A stretch of 64,000 bases of DNA from Minisyncoccota bacterium (GCA_041662525.1 JBAZSF010000002.1:90196-154195), one strand, 5' to 3'. Shown: positions 1 through 9,799, counted from the stretch's first letter. Made by a program: numbers and translations. The notes: generated by a model from the letters alone, not told the origin.

Positions 1-366
1 GTTTCTACAAGAGCGCTCAATGAACTAAAAGAAATGATGGATATAAAATGGGGATATATGTGTTATGGCGCTTTGTGGTTTGATCAAACCATGGAAGCTA
101 TTAATGCGTTCAATGATTCGGTAAATGAAAGAGTGACTGGAGAGGTGACAGTAAGACTCTATAAAGGAAATCTAGAAGTGGTGGCCATTACTTCTCCTTA
201 CGCGCTTTCTTATACTTCTTTTAACAACAGCGAGGGATATGATTTTAATGTAAACAATAGTGCAGGATTTACAGAAGTGTATACATTGCAGATGAGATTG
301 GCTAAAGAAATAGACGATAAGAAAAATAAACTTGCCCGCCGTGATGGTGGGAACAAAAAAAGTTAA
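1..366 (+). CDS. argG: Argininosuccinate synthase, C-terminal part (gene starts before the window)
   Basis: Frame open from base 1; ...YGALWF...VTGEVTVRLYKGN...SPYAL...AGF matches the ArgG C-terminus; directly upstream of argH. Confidence 0.85.
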   Translation, partial: VSTRALNELKEMMDIKWGYMCYGALWFDQTMEAINAFNDSVNERVTGEVTVRLYKGNLEVVAITSPYALSYTSFNNSEGYDFNVNNSAGFTEVYTLQMRLAKEIDDKKNKLARRDGGNKKS

Positions 367-381
367 TTTAAAAAAATATTT

Positions 382-1584
382 ATGAAAAAATTGTGGGACA
401 AAAAAGGAACAAAAAATACTGATAGTAAAATAAGTCAAACCATTGAGGACTACACTGTCGGAGTGGATTATTTGCTTGATTTAGAACTTTTACCTTATGA
501 CATAGAGGGCACAATGGCTCATGCCAAAATGCTTCATAAAATAAAAATACTAAATAAAAAGGAGCTTGATACTTTGATTATCGGCCTAAATAAAATTTTA
601 GCTCTTTGGAAAGCTGGAAAATTTAAAATTGATAAGATTCAAGAAGATGGACATACGGCAATTGAAGCGTTTCTGACAGAAAATTATGGGGAAGTCGGGA
701 AAAAAGTCCATGCTGGACGATCTAGAAATGATCAATCCTTAGTGATGACTCGTCTTTTTAGTAAAGAAAAACTTTCGGAAATTAAAAAAGGAGTGGAGGT
801 TTTAATTAAAGAATTAGGGAAGCAGATTAAAAAACAGGGAAAAATAAAAATGCCCGGCTATACTCACACCCAAAGAGCGATGCCGAGCTCTGTGGGGATG
901 TGGCTTGGTTCTTTTTCCGATAGTTTAAAAGATGATCTAATTTTAATAGAGGCAGTTATGAAAATTATAGATCAAAATCCACTCGGCTCAGCGGCTGGTT
1001 ATGGGGAAAATGTTTTAGGGTTGGATAAAAAATTTACTACGGAAGTTTTAGGTTTCAAAAAGGTACAGGAGAACCCAATGTATTGTGCTATGTCTCGCGG
1101 GAAATTTGAAAATATTGTTTTGCAAGCTGTCTCGAGCGTACTGTTCGATCTCGGTAAAATATCAAACGACCTTATTCTTTTCACTACTAAAGAATTTGAT
1201 TTCTTTACTCTGCCAGACTCATTTAAAACAGGTTCAAGCATTATGCCCCAAAAGAAAAATTATGATGTCTTGGAATTAGTGAGAGGCAACGTTGCCATTT
1301 TTAATGGCTATCAACATCAAATAGAAAACATTATCAAGAATTTATTTTCTGGATACAATAGAGATTTTCAGCTGACGAAAGAGCCGTACATAAAAGGCAT
1401 TAAGCTTGCTGTGGATACTATTCGTGTGATGGTTCTTGTTATAGAAAACCTTGAAGCAAAAAAAATAAATCTGGAAAATGCTTGCAGTACTGAACTTTAT
1501 GCTACCGATGAAGCTTTCAAATTGGTGAAGGCGGGGAAAAGTTTTAGGGAAGCTTATCAAGAAGTAAAAGAAAAATATCAGTAA
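382..1584 (+). CDS. argH: Argininosuccinate lyase
   Basis: KLW start, HAGRSRNDQ, MPGYTHTQRAMP, PLGSAAG, TGSSIMPQKKN fumarate-lyase signature, SGYNRDFQ. Confidence 0.95.
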   Translation: MKKLWDKKGTKNTDSKISQTIEDYTVGVDYLLDLELLPYDIEGTMAHAKMLHKIKILNKKELDTLIIGLNKILALWKAGKFKIDKIQEDGHTAIEAFLTENYGEVGKKVHAGRSRNDQSLVMTRLFSKEKLSEIKKGVEVLIKELGKQIKKQGKIKMPGYTHTQRAMPSSVGMWLGSFSDSLKDDLILIEAVMKIIDQNPLGSAAGYGENVLGLDKKFTTEVLGFKKVQENPMYCAMSRGKFENIVLQAVSSVLFDLGKISNDLILFTTKEFDFFTLPDSFKTGSSIMPQKKNYDVLELVRGNVAIFNGYQHQIENIIKNLFSGYNRDFQLTKEPYIKGIKLAVDTIRVMVLVIENLEAKKINLENACSTELYATDEAFKLVKAGKSFREAYQEVKEKYQ

Positions 1585-1587
1585 AAT

Positions 1588-2568
1588 ATGGAAGACATAA
1601 ATCCTTGGAATTTAAAAAAACAAATGCTTAGAGCCATAAATGAACATGGCGGATTTGTGAGCTGTCATGCGCATTTTGATAAAGCTTATTTTATAACCAG
1701 GGAAGGCCTAGACAAAGCCATGATTGATATGGAAGTAAAATGGTTTATGAGTGATGGCATAAAAAGGAATAGCACTGTGGAAGATATCAAAGTAAGAATA
1801 AGACGAGCTTTGGATTTTCAAATTAAGCAGGGATGTGAAATAACTTGTACTTTTGTAGATGCTTATGATGCTGTCGGACATAAAGCCATCGATGCGGCCC
1901 TAGCCGTGAAAGAAGAATATAAAGATAGAATAACTTTGTTGATTGCTACTCAGCCCCTAGGTGGACTGATAGACGATAACGCTCGTGCGCTTTATGAAGA
2001 AATCACTGCGAAGGCAGATATCGCTGGTGGGCTACCTTCCAAAGATCGTCCAGATGATGAGAAAAGTTTAGATTATCTTTTTGAAATTGCTAAGAAATTA
2101 AACAAGCCAGTGCATGTGCACATCGATCAAGAAAATAATCCAAATGAGCGTGATATGGAAAAATTAATTGCTGCGGTGAAGCGACATCATTATGAGGGGA
2201 GGACTGTCGCCATTCATGGTATTTCTGTTTCTGCGCAACCAAAAGAATATCGGATGAAAATTTATAAAGAAATGGCAGAGCTCGGTATCGCTGTAGTAGT
2301 GTGTCCGTCTGCGGCGCTTTCTATGCGACAGCTTGATCAATACTCTGCTCCGGTCCATAACTCCATAGCGAATGTGCCGGAAATGCTAGAAGCCGGAGTA
2401 CTAGTAGGCCTCGGCGTGGATAACATTGCGGACTTCTATGAACCTTTCGTGGATGGAGATATGTGGGTTGAATTGCGTTTGATGCAAGAAGCTTGCCGAT
2501 ACTACAACCTTGATGAATTAGTGAAAGTCGCTTCCACCAATGGAACTAAAATTCTTTGGTATAAATAA
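1588..2568 (+). CDS. Amidohydrolase-family metallo-deaminase (cytosine deaminase/CodA-like)
   Basis: HAHFDKA, HVHIDQ, AIHGIS and LGVDNIAD metal-binding motifs. Confidence 0.8.
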   Translation: MEDINPWNLKKQMLRAINEHGGFVSCHAHFDKAYFITREGLDKAMIDMEVKWFMSDGIKRNSTVEDIKVRIRRALDFQIKQGCEITCTFVDAYDAVGHKAIDAALAVKEEYKDRITLLIATQPLGGLIDDNARALYEEITAKADIAGGLPSKDRPDDEKSLDYLFEIAKKLNKPVHVHIDQENNPNERDMEKLIAAVKRHHYEGRTVAIHGISVSAQPKEYRMKIYKEMAELGIAVVVCPSAALSMRQLDQYSAPVHNSIANVPEMLEAGVLVGLGVDNIADFYEPFVDGDMWVELRLMQEACRYYNLDELVKVASTNGTKILWYK

Positions 2569-2596
2569 AAAAATACCTTATTCAGGTAAAAGTGAG

Positions 2597-2631
2597 ACAG
2601 GCAGAGCGGGTGTAAATCCTGCTCTGCCTGT
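2597..2631. terminator. Hairpin between convergent genes, probable terminator
   Basis: ACAGGCAGAGCGGG...CCTGCTCTGCCTGT inverted repeat. Confidence 0.6.
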
Positions 2632-2719
2632 TTGATATCAAACTATAAAAAAATACTAAAACTAGTGCTTAAGCCGGCTGTTTTATGCCAGATCTCTTCC
2701 TTTTGCTTCCCTTAAGAAC

Positions 2720-3076
2720 TTAAGCGGATGCTGCCGTTGGGGGTGTCAGCCGGGCCGTGGCCTCGTTCCTTGCCATCTTCTGTCCCGTGTCTATGTATGC
2801 CAGGTCGAGGGCTTTCTGTCCGGGATCCATTTTCGCCAGGTCGAGCGCCTTATATTCAACGGCTGCTACGTCCCACGTTTGTCCAGTGTCAGTCTTCGCC
2901 ACATCGGGAAGGGCCATCTCTTTTGTGTCAAGCGTCGCAGGTGTAATCGTTGCCACAGAAGGGCATATCACCGTAGGCTCAGAAGCCACAGCCATCGTTG
3001 TTCCAACGCCCGGAACCAACATCAGGCTTACCATAGTCATGCAGCCGAACAGCATCAAAAACAGAAACTTCTTCAT
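2720..3076 (-). CDS. Small secreted hypothetical protein with 3 D[VL]A[KY]xD[TP]GQ repeats
   Basis: Signal-peptide-like N-terminus, AAGGAGG Shine-Dalgarno upstream, GC visibly above the flanks. Confidence 0.65.
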   Translation of the reverse strand: MKKFLFLMLFGCMTMVSLMLVPGVGTTMAVASEPTVICPSVATITPATLDTKEMALPDVAKTDTGQTWDVAAVEYKALDLAKMDPGQKALDLAYIDTGQKMARNEATARLTPPTAASA

Positions 3077-3239
3077 GTTGTCCTCCTTATGAAGAAAAAA
3101 GTTTTACTCTAAATTTTATCAACAAGTTCTCTAGCTTGTCGACACGGGTTTCGAGTGTTCCCGTTTAGTGATTCAAAGAGCCTCCTCTAATTAGATACTA
3201 TCAAATAACGATTTTTCGTCAATTATGAAGAATCGTTAT

Positions 3240-3248
3240 TGTGGATAA
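3240..3248 (-). promoter_or_regulatory. Perfect DnaA box
   Basis: TGTGGATAA, intergenic. Confidence 0.55.
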
Positions 3249-3264
3249 CTATAAAAGTGTTAGT

Positions 3265-4320
3265 TTACTGACTCTCTAAAAACTGAAATATTTTTTCGTT
3301 AGTGAGGACATTTTCGGCGTGCATGCGGGCGCGTTCAGGGTCTGCGTCTTTGTAGTGTTCTAAGATTGCTGCGACTTCGTTGGCTACTTGCTCGTCGTCG
3401 GCGACTATCTTTTCTACTTTCGCTATTTCATTTAATATGAGAGCAAGCTTGGCTTTTTTCTCGGCATCAGTTCTGAATTCTTTTCTTAAATCTTCTTTTG
3501 TTTTATTTAAATGTTTTAGATAATCCTCAAACTTTAAGCCCATTTGGGTGATGTCGGACTCCATGCGATATAAAATCTTATCCAATTCAATTTCCACTAA
3601 AATTTCAGGCAAGTCCACTTGACTACCCTCCACTATTTCTTCAATGATTTTTAAGCGAGTTTTTTCTTTTTGCTGATTCTCTTTTTCTAGTTTTATATTT
3701 TCCTTAAGCTTGATTTTAAAATCTTCTACATCTTTAAAGGGACCAAGGCCTTTCACAAAGTTATCGTTAAGTTCAGGTATTTCTGGTTCTGGATGAACAT
3801 GTTCCTCTCCCTCCTTGTGTTCATGCTCTGCCATATGCACTTTGGGAGCGCGAGATTTCCGGATGTCCATGATGGTATTATCTAAATCTTCATCAGAGAC
3901 AACGATGTTTTTCTCAGTCTCAGTAACATCCCCGATTATTTTTTTAGAGATATTTTTATATTCAGGGAGTTTTATTTCCGGCAAAATAGCAGTTTTAATT
4001 TTAAAACCTAGAGGGTTTTTGCGCGCTAATTTTATAATAGAAATTTCTGGCCTGCCTATAACATCTATTTTCTCATCTTCAATAATTTTTGGATAATGTT
4101 CGCTCAAAGCCATCTCTGCCATTTCTTCCAAAATAGCAATTTCTGGTATATTGGAAAGCAAAACATTCTCTGGTACTTTGCCTTTTCGGAAACCGTCTAA
4201 TTTTACATTTTCACCGAGCTTTTTTAAAGCTTTTGCGTAATAAGACTCAAATATTTCAGAATCAATTTCACCTTCTATTTCTACTTCACTTTGCGGGAGT
4301 TTTTTAATTGTTGTTTTCAT
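3265..4320 (-). CDS. tig: Trigger factor (PPIase domain apparently absent)
   Basis: GFRKGKVP ribosome-binding loop and C-terminal SurA-like domain; only 351 aa. Confidence 0.9.
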   Translation of the reverse strand: MKTTIKKLPQSEVEIEGEIDSEIFESYYAKALKKLGENVKLDGFRKGKVPENVLLSNIPEIAILEEMAEMALSEHYPKIIEDEKIDVIGRPEISIIKLARKNPLGFKIKTAILPEIKLPEYKNISKKIIGDVTETEKNIVVSDEDLDNTIMDIRKSRAPKVHMAEHEHKEGEEHVHPEPEIPELNDNFVKGLGPFKDVEDFKIKLKENIKLEKENQQKEKTRLKIIEEIVEGSQVDLPEILVEIELDKILYRMESDITQMGLKFEDYLKHLNKTKEDLRKEFRTDAEKKAKLALILNEIAKVEKIVADDEQVANEVAAILEHYKDADPERARMHAENVLTNEKIFQFLESQ

Positions 4321-4360
4321 AGTTTTTTTAGTCTATATTTTTTTATGTTTTTTGTCAAAA

Positions 4361-4391
4361 TAAAAATCCCCGGAATATCCGGGGATTTTTA
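4361..4391. terminator. Intrinsic terminator
   Basis: AAAAATCCCCGGA-ATA-TCCGGGGATTTTT. Confidence 0.75.
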
Positions 4392-4402
4392 TTTTGTGAT
4401 TT

Positions 4403-4618
4403 TTAATTTACACTATTCAAATCTACACCAGTGTTAGTATCTGTCGTTTGTAGATCTGCTTCTAAGGTATTTAGATCAGCAGAATCCTCAATGGTGATAT
4501 TTTCAGATGTGGTCAAATTTTTATTTGACTTCCAGATAAATATTCCACCAATAATAAGAATAAGAACAATCACTACTATTCCAATTGATACCCCGTTTGA
4601 TTTTTTTTCTATTTCCAT
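4403..4618 (-). CDS. Small single-pass membrane protein
   Basis: Hydrophobic stretch VSIGIVVIVLILIIGGIFIW followed by an acidic tail. Confidence 0.7.
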   Translation of the reverse strand: MEIEKKSNGVSIGIVVIVLILIIGGIFIWKSNKNLTTSENITIEDSADLNTLEADLQTTDTNTGVDLNSVN

Positions 4619-4679
4619 AGTTTTCCTCGACTAGCGAGGTAAGTTAAATTTGATTAATAATTTATTGATTATTATTTTC

Positions 4680-5525
4680 TTATGAATTATCTAGTTCCAT
4701 TTTTATCTTTACTGCATCTTTTAATGACTTTACTGCATCTTTTAGTGCTTGGTGAGCATCTTTTATAAGAGTTTGAGTATCTCTTGCAAGAATCACTAAA
4801 TTAGCTTTTTGTGTTGCAGAAAGAGCATTAATTGAAGTTGCTAAAATTGCGTTCATTTCTGTTATTTTTGCGTTAGCGGCATTTAGTTTTGTTTCAGCAG
4901 TTGCTACAAAAATTTTAGCATTAGAGACGTCTACCCCCTTTATTGTTAATTTAGCTATTTGATCATTAACTCTATTTTTTAAATCGTTTATTCTTAGAAC
5001 CGCTGCATTAAATCTCTCTAAAGCATTTTCTCGTCCAACGATTCTTGCTTCTTTAATCTTTGCTTTTGCAGCATCTTTTTCATTTTTAATTAGATTTCTT
5101 AGATCTTCCAATTTATTTTTGACTGTTTCTCTTTGCACTTGATTGGCGCGTAGTACATTATCGTTGCTGGAATTATCAATACGTACCCCAGCTGCGTTAA
5201 AATCTCCACTACCTTGATCTGGAGTTCCGTCGTCATCACTACTGTTGGAAGAATTATCAATACGTACCCCAGCTGCGTTGAAATCTCCGCTACCTTGATC
5301 TGGAGTCCCATCATCATCACTGCTATTACTGGAATTATCAATACGTACTCCGGCTGCGTTGAAATCTCCGCTACCTTGATCTGGAGTCCCATCGTCATTA
5401 CTACTAATACCACTGTTAGAGTTTCCAGAACCTGACACCCCATCTTTTGCTTGAGAATTAGTTACACCCACAATAAACGCTAACATTAAAAAAACAACAA
5501 ATAAACCAAAATATTTTTTTATCAT
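4680..5525 (-). CDS. Secreted protein with three 27-aa Asp/Gly/Ser repeats and a C-terminal helical/coiled-coil region
   Basis: Signal peptide; DDGTPDQGSGDFNAAGVRIDNSSNSSD x3. Confidence 0.8.
   Translation of the reverse strand: MIKKYFGLFVVFLMLAFIVGVTNSQAKDGVSGSGNSNSGISSNDDGTPDQGSGDFNAAGVRIDNSSNSSDDDGTPDQGSGDFNAAGVRIDNSSNSSDDDGTPDQGSGDFNAAGVRIDNSSNDNVLRANQVQRETVKNKLEDLRNLIKNEKDAAKAKIKEARIVGRENALERFNAAVLRINDLKNRVNDQIAKLTIKGVDVSNAKIFVATAETKLNAANAKITEMNAILATSINALSATQKANLVILARDTQTLIKDAHQALKDAVKSLKDAVKIKMELDNS
5163..5405 (-). repeat. Coding tandem repeat, 3 x 81 bp
   Basis: GAATTATCAAT recurs at 5170, 5251 and 5332. Confidence 0.95.
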
Positions 5526-5602
5526 ATATATTTTTTATAGAGATTACTAATTAATAATAGTACTTATTGTAAAACAATAACATTAATTTAGTATTAACTT
5601 GA

Positions 5603-6187
5603 TTATTCGAAATTCTTTAGATAAATATCTTTATATCTTTCTTCGCATTCCTTTGTTATTTTTAGAGCTTCAGTTTTGTCAAAAAAACCTTTTGTTATTC
5701 CTGTGCTAGGTTTTTTAAGATGTTTATAATATTCCCAGAAATGAGTAGTTTCTTTTTTAAACTGTTCTCCTAAATCATCAATTGATTTAATGTGGTCACT
5801 TCTTCTATCCTCAGACAACACAGCAATTATTTTATCATCAATTTCTCCTCCATCTTCAAACTTCATTACACCGATAATACGAGCTTCAACCAAACAGCCA
5901 GGTACAAGTGGTTCGGTCACATTGGCTATACAAATATCAAGAGGATCATTGTCATAGTCCCAAGTTTGAGGTATTGCTCCATATGAAAAAGGATAAGCGA
6001 GAGACGAATAACCGACTCGGTCAAGTTTGAGTTGTCCAGATTCTGTGATTATTTCATATTTACTGATAGCGCCAGAATTTATTTCAATTATTGCGTTCAC
6101 GACATCAATCTTTTCTTCTACAAAAGGAGAAAGAGCATGCAATAAATTTAGCATGTATTTCGAGGGTTTTTGATTTATGTTTGCCAT
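5603..6187 (-). CDS. ppa: Inorganic pyrophosphatase (family I)
   Basis: KYE, LDR, YPFSYGAIPQT, DNDPLD, DGGEIDDKIIAV motifs. Confidence 0.93.
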   Translation of the reverse strand: MANINQKPSKYMLNLLHALSPFVEEKIDVVNAIIEINSGAISKYEIITESGQLKLDRVGYSSLAYPFSYGAIPQTWDYDNDPLDICIANVTEPLVPGCLVEARIIGVMKFEDGGEIDDKIIAVLSEDRRSDHIKSIDDLGEQFKKETTHFWEYYKHLKKPSTGITKGFFDKTEALKITKECEERYKDIYLKNFE

Positions 6188-6202
6188 GTGTTTATTCTAC
6201 TT

Positions 6203-7363
6203 CTATTCCTCACTTTTTTCAACTACAGAGGAATCTTCTGTGGAAACATTTGTATCGTCTCCTTTGATGTCTATTCTCCATCCAGTGAGCTTGGCAGCTA
6301 GGCGTACATTTTGTCCACCTTTACCGATAGCGAGGGAAAGTTGGTCATTTGCTACTTCTACGATGGCTTTATGTTCTTTTTCATCTATCTCAATAGAAAT
6401 AACTTTTGCTGGAGAAAGGGAATTGGATACGAATTGTATAGGGTTTTCGGACCAAGGAATGATGTCAATTTTCTCTCCTGAAAGTTCTGTCGTAATAGTA
6501 TTTACTCGAGTTCCTTTTTGTCCGACACAAGAGCCGACTGGGTCGATATGTTCATCGTTTGAATAAACTGCAATTTTTGAACGAGCGCCTGCTTCACGAG
6601 CAACGGATTTTATTTCCACTATGCCTTTCTCTATTTCTGGCGCTTCGATGGCAAAAAGTTTTTCAACAAATTTAGGGTGAGTCCGAGAAAGACGCAAGTT
6701 TATACCTCGATGAGTGTCTTCTACACTATAAAGATAAGCTCGTATTCTTTGTCCTCGAGCCCAATATTCTCCTGGGATTTGTTCTTCGGTGGGCAATATC
6801 CCTGTCGCTCTATTGAAATCAACATAGACATTTCCACGTTCTACTTTTTGAACTATACCAGAGATAACTTCGCCTTCCTTGGTGCCATATTCGTCTATGA
6901 TAGAAGTACGTTCTGCTTCACGGATTTTCTGGATGATGACTTGCTTGGCAGTCTGTGCAGCAATACGCCCATAATCATCTTTTTGTTCCAATGGAAAAAT
7001 GATTTCATCGTTGAGCTCTGCTCCTTTCTTTATTTTTTTTGCATCTTCGAGAAGGATGTGGTGTTCAGAATTAAAATGTACTCGTTCATCAGTATTGTCT
7101 TTGAGAGAATATTCATCATCATGTTTTTTTTCTCCATCCATAATAGCAATAGTTTCATCTACCACGATTTTTACTTGGAAGAAATCTGTTTTACCAGTCT
7201 CCATATCAAAACGAGCCCGGATGATTTGTCCTTTTTTGCCGTAATCTTTTTTATAAGCAGCAGCCATTGCTTGTTCTATAGCTTCTAATATTTTTGCTTT
7301 TGGAATTTTCTTTTCTTCTTCTAATTGTTCTAAAGCAGATTTGAATGTTTTTATATCTAACAT
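6203..7363 (-). CDS. nusA: Transcription termination/antitermination factor NusA
   Basis: GRIAAQTAKQVI, AREAGARSKIAV, SLAIGKGGQNVRLAAKLTGWRIDI; start placed at the MLDIK ATG (7363). Confidence 0.96.
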   Translation of the reverse strand: MLDIKTFKSALEQLEEEKKIPKAKILEAIEQAMAAAYKKDYGKKGQIIRARFDMETGKTDFFQVKIVVDETIAIMDGEKKHDDEYSLKDNTDERVHFNSEHHILLEDAKKIKKGAELNDEIIFPLEQKDDYGRIAAQTAKQVIIQKIREAERTSIIDEYGTKEGEVISGIVQKVERGNVYVDFNRATGILPTEEQIPGEYWARGQRIRAYLYSVEDTHRGINLRLSRTHPKFVEKLFAIEAPEIEKGIVEIKSVAREAGARSKIAVYSNDEHIDPVGSCVGQKGTRVNTITTELSGEKIDIIPWSENPIQFVSNSLSPAKVISIEIDEKEHKAIVEVANDQLSLAIGKGGQNVRLAAKLTGWRIDIKGDDTNVSTEDSSVVEKSEE

Positions 7364-7410
7364 TGATTTTGCGAAATCACGTCGCGCAACCGTCCGATTA
7401 GCGTGACGCA
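7364..7410 (-). promoter_or_regulatory. Two-hairpin leader motif abutting the nusA start (second copy before argS)
   Basis: TGCGTCACGCTAATCGGACGGTTGCGCGACGTGATTTCGCAAAATCA-ATG on the minus strand; similar to 26939-26987. Confidence 0.6.
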
Positions 7411-7507
7411 ATTTTTATTAAATTTTATTAAAAAAAGCCCTGTTGCTACAGGACTCATATATAAGAATAGTATCATAGGAGCTATTTTAATGCAATCCCG
7501 TGAATAG

Positions 7508-7516
7508 TTATCCACA
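7508..7516 (+). promoter_or_regulatory. Perfect DnaA box
   Basis: TTATCCACA, intergenic. Confidence 0.55.
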
Positions 7517-7563
7517 CCCCTGATTCACCCTTTTTATTTTTTGTTCTATACTTGAATTAACTT

Positions 7564-7833
7564 ATGAATAAAAATCAAAAGATCGCAATAATTATTTTGA
7601 TTATCATCCTTTTAGGTTTGTTTATCTTTTATTTTATCTTTAAACCGAAATCACCTCCACCTCTTACAGAAATGGAAGCAAAACAAGCTCTCATTGATTC
7701 CATTACTATCCCCACTACTGCACCAATATCAATGAATGAAAAAGAATCAAAGCAACTCATTGATTCCATTACCATACCAAAAAAAACAACAACTATTATT
7801 AATAACAAAAAAATTAAATTTAATGAAAACTAA
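7564..7833 (+). CDS. Small membrane-anchored hypothetical protein
   Basis: N-terminal TM helix; internal repeat KQ(A)LIDSITIP x2. Confidence 0.6.
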   Translation: MNKNQKIAIIILIIILLGLFIFYFIFKPKSPPPLTEMEAKQALIDSITIPTTAPISMNEKESKQLIDSITIPKKTTTIINNKKIKFNEN

Positions 7834-8776
7834 AATAATCCAAAACATAAAATCAATAATCCTAGCGTTAATGTTGGTAGCCGGAGTTAGTTATGTTTCT
7901 GCTGTTGGTACGTGGAGTGGTCCAACAGCGACTGCACCTGGTAATAATACTGATACACCACTGAATGTAGGTAGTACACTTCAATCAAAAAGTGGTTGGC
8001 TTGGAGTGGGGGGGATCTTTACGCCTTCAGTTTCAATGGATATACGGAATACCGGTGGGTTATTGGGTGGTCTAACTACAACAGGAGGGGCAGTGTTAAA
8101 TACAGGTGGAGCTACTAATGGCCTTATTGTACAAAATGGTAAAGTTGGAATTGGGACAGCGACTCCAAACTCCGCGTTGGCTTTTGGCAATACTTTAAAC
8201 CCTTTAAATATAGCAAGCGGAGCCGCTCGGACAGATTCAAAAATTTTGCTTTACGATCTCGGGGCTTCTAATTGGGCGGGTATTGGCGCTGATCAGGCCG
8301 GAGCACTTTGGTTACGAAATGGAACGTCTGCTTCTAATTATTTAGTAATGTTACCAAGCAACGGTAATGTCGGGATTGGAACAACGAATCCGGTAGCGAG
8401 GCTGGATGTGAATGGAGAGATTAATGCGTATATGAAAATAATATTTGTTGGCTTACAAAAGACTCCAAATCCTGTAAGTGATTACGTGTTTTCTTTTAAT
8501 GTTCCAGCTCAATATACCATAGCTATGGCACAAAAAATTGCAGCTAGATTTTGTAGTCAAGCATTTCCCGTTTACGGAGATGATATATGTTGGTTTGGAA
8601 TCGGCTGTGCAGGACCGAATCATTATTCTGATATTGGAGCTTTTAAAATAAATAAAAATTATCAAGCTAATTTCCCGACGGGTAGTTGGAAAGAATCTGA
8701 TAATATAACCACGCCTACATATATTTTTAAGGATGAGAATAACGTTACTACGACGAATAAATGTAATTGGAACTAG
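7823..8776 (+). CDS. Exported surface/fibre-like protein with G[NK]VGIGT repeats
   Basis: Signal peptide from ATG 7823; WSGPTATAPGNNTDTPLNVG; GKVGIGT and GNVGIGTTNP motifs. Confidence 0.75.
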   Translation: MKTKIIQNIKSIILALMLVAGVSYVSAVGTWSGPTATAPGNNTDTPLNVGSTLQSKSGWLGVGGIFTPSVSMDIRNTGGLLGGLTTTGGAVLNTGGATNGLIVQNGKVGIGTATPNSALAFGNTLNPLNIASGAARTDSKILLYDLGASNWAGIGADQAGALWLRNGTSASNYLVMLPSNGNVGIGTTNPVARLDVNGEINAYMKIIFVGLQKTPNPVSDYVFSFNVPAQYTIAMAQKIAARFCSQAFPVYGDDICWFGIGCAGPNHYSDIGAFKINKNYQANFPTGSWKESDNITTPTYIFKDENNVTTTNKCNWN

Positions 8777-8804
8777 TCTAATTAAGATTAAATTTTTACA
8801 GAAA

Positions 8805-8841
8805 ATACAAAAAACCGGGAATCGTCTCGGTTTTTTGTATT
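8805..8841 (+). terminator. Intrinsic terminator
   Basis: ATACAAAAAACCGGGA-ATCG-TCTCGGTTTTTTGTAT. Confidence 0.7.
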
Positions 8842-8956
8842 TTGGAGTGCTCTTGATTTTTATTTGTTGGTATGTTAGAATAAAAATTGAAAAAAGAGGG
8901 CCTTGGGCTCTTTGAAAGTACAATAAATAAAAAAAACTAAAAGGGGGTCGAAAAAA

Positions 8957-9649
8957 ATGAAAATAAAAGGGATTGTTTTTTTATTTTTATTTACGTTATT
9001 GGTCGGTTGTGGGGGAGGCGGGTCCTCCGAAATAGTTAGCGTCACCGTAGGCCAGCCTGCGGTGAAAAAAATATGCACAGTTGGCGACAGTAACGACTGT
9101 CGCCTGACTGAGGTTGTATCTGAAACCCAGTCAGGATACGAATACTTAAATTTGGGAGTGGGTGGTTATACCACTGCCCAGATGTTGCAAAAACTGAGGA
9201 GTGACACCTCAGTTAATGGCGAATTTGGCTCCGCTTGGGTCTGGGGAGGAACGAACGATCTCATAACCGGAGTTTCGGTTGATGAGATTAAAAAAAATTT
9301 GCAGGATATTTACAACATCCTGCATTATAGGGGTATAACAGTTGTTGCTTTGACTGTCATGCCCTTCGGAAATTGGAAAGGCGACCCAGCTTTTCCACTC
9401 TGGGGTCCGTGGACTCCAGAGAAACAGGTTCAGCTTGAGGAGCTGAATCATTGGATTATCAATGAAGCTCAGGTTGACCATGTGGTTAATCTGAGCTGGG
9501 TGGCAGATCCAAACAATCCCTTTATTATCAATCCTAGACGGGATCGAGGTGATGGGGTTCATGTTACGGACGAAACCTACAGAGATGTAGGCACGTTCGT
9601 TTTAAATAAAATGCAAAATAAGCCATCGCCAACACTGGCGATGAGATAA
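8957..9649 (+). CDS. SGNH/GDSL hydrolase lipoprotein
   Basis: Lipobox LVGC; blocks GDS, G-G, GGTND, DGVH. Confidence 0.85.
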   Translation: MKIKGIVFLFLFTLLVGCGGGGSSEIVSVTVGQPAVKKICTVGDSNDCRLTEVVSETQSGYEYLNLGVGGYTTAQMLQKLRSDTSVNGEFGSAWVWGGTNDLITGVSVDEIKKNLQDIYNILHYRGITVVALTVMPFGNWKGDPAFPLWGPWTPEKQVQLEELNHWIINEAQVDHVVNLSWVADPNNPFIINPRRDRGDGVHVTDETYRDVGTFVLNKMQNKPSPTLAMR

Positions 9650-9671
9650 AAGATAAAAAGGATGTATCACA

Positions 9672-9704
9672 ATGCCGGTCAGGTTTACCTGACCGGCATC
9701 TTTT
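9672..9704 (+). terminator. Intrinsic terminator
   Basis: ATGCCGGTCAGG-TTTA-CCTGACCGGCAT followed by CTTTT. Confidence 0.8.
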
Positions 9705-9749
9705 ATTTAAAAAACAAAAAATATTAGAATATTTTGAAGTTCAGGGTTC

Positions 9750-9758
9750 TGTGGATAA
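9750..9758 (-). promoter_or_regulatory. Perfect DnaA box
   Basis: TGTGGATAA upstream of the surface-protein gene. Confidence 0.55.
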
Positions 9759-9799
9759 GTAATTTTGTAGTATTTTTTAATTGGGGATATAATATAAAA

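Noticed and set aside
5163-5405. Regularly spaced repeats suggesting a CRISPR array
   Set aside because: No unique spacers; in-frame coding tandem repeat; no cas genes in the window
7364-7411. NusA N-terminal extension MRHANRTVARRDFAKS
   Set aside because: Non-ATG start running through the hairpin motif; NusA similarity begins at MLDIK
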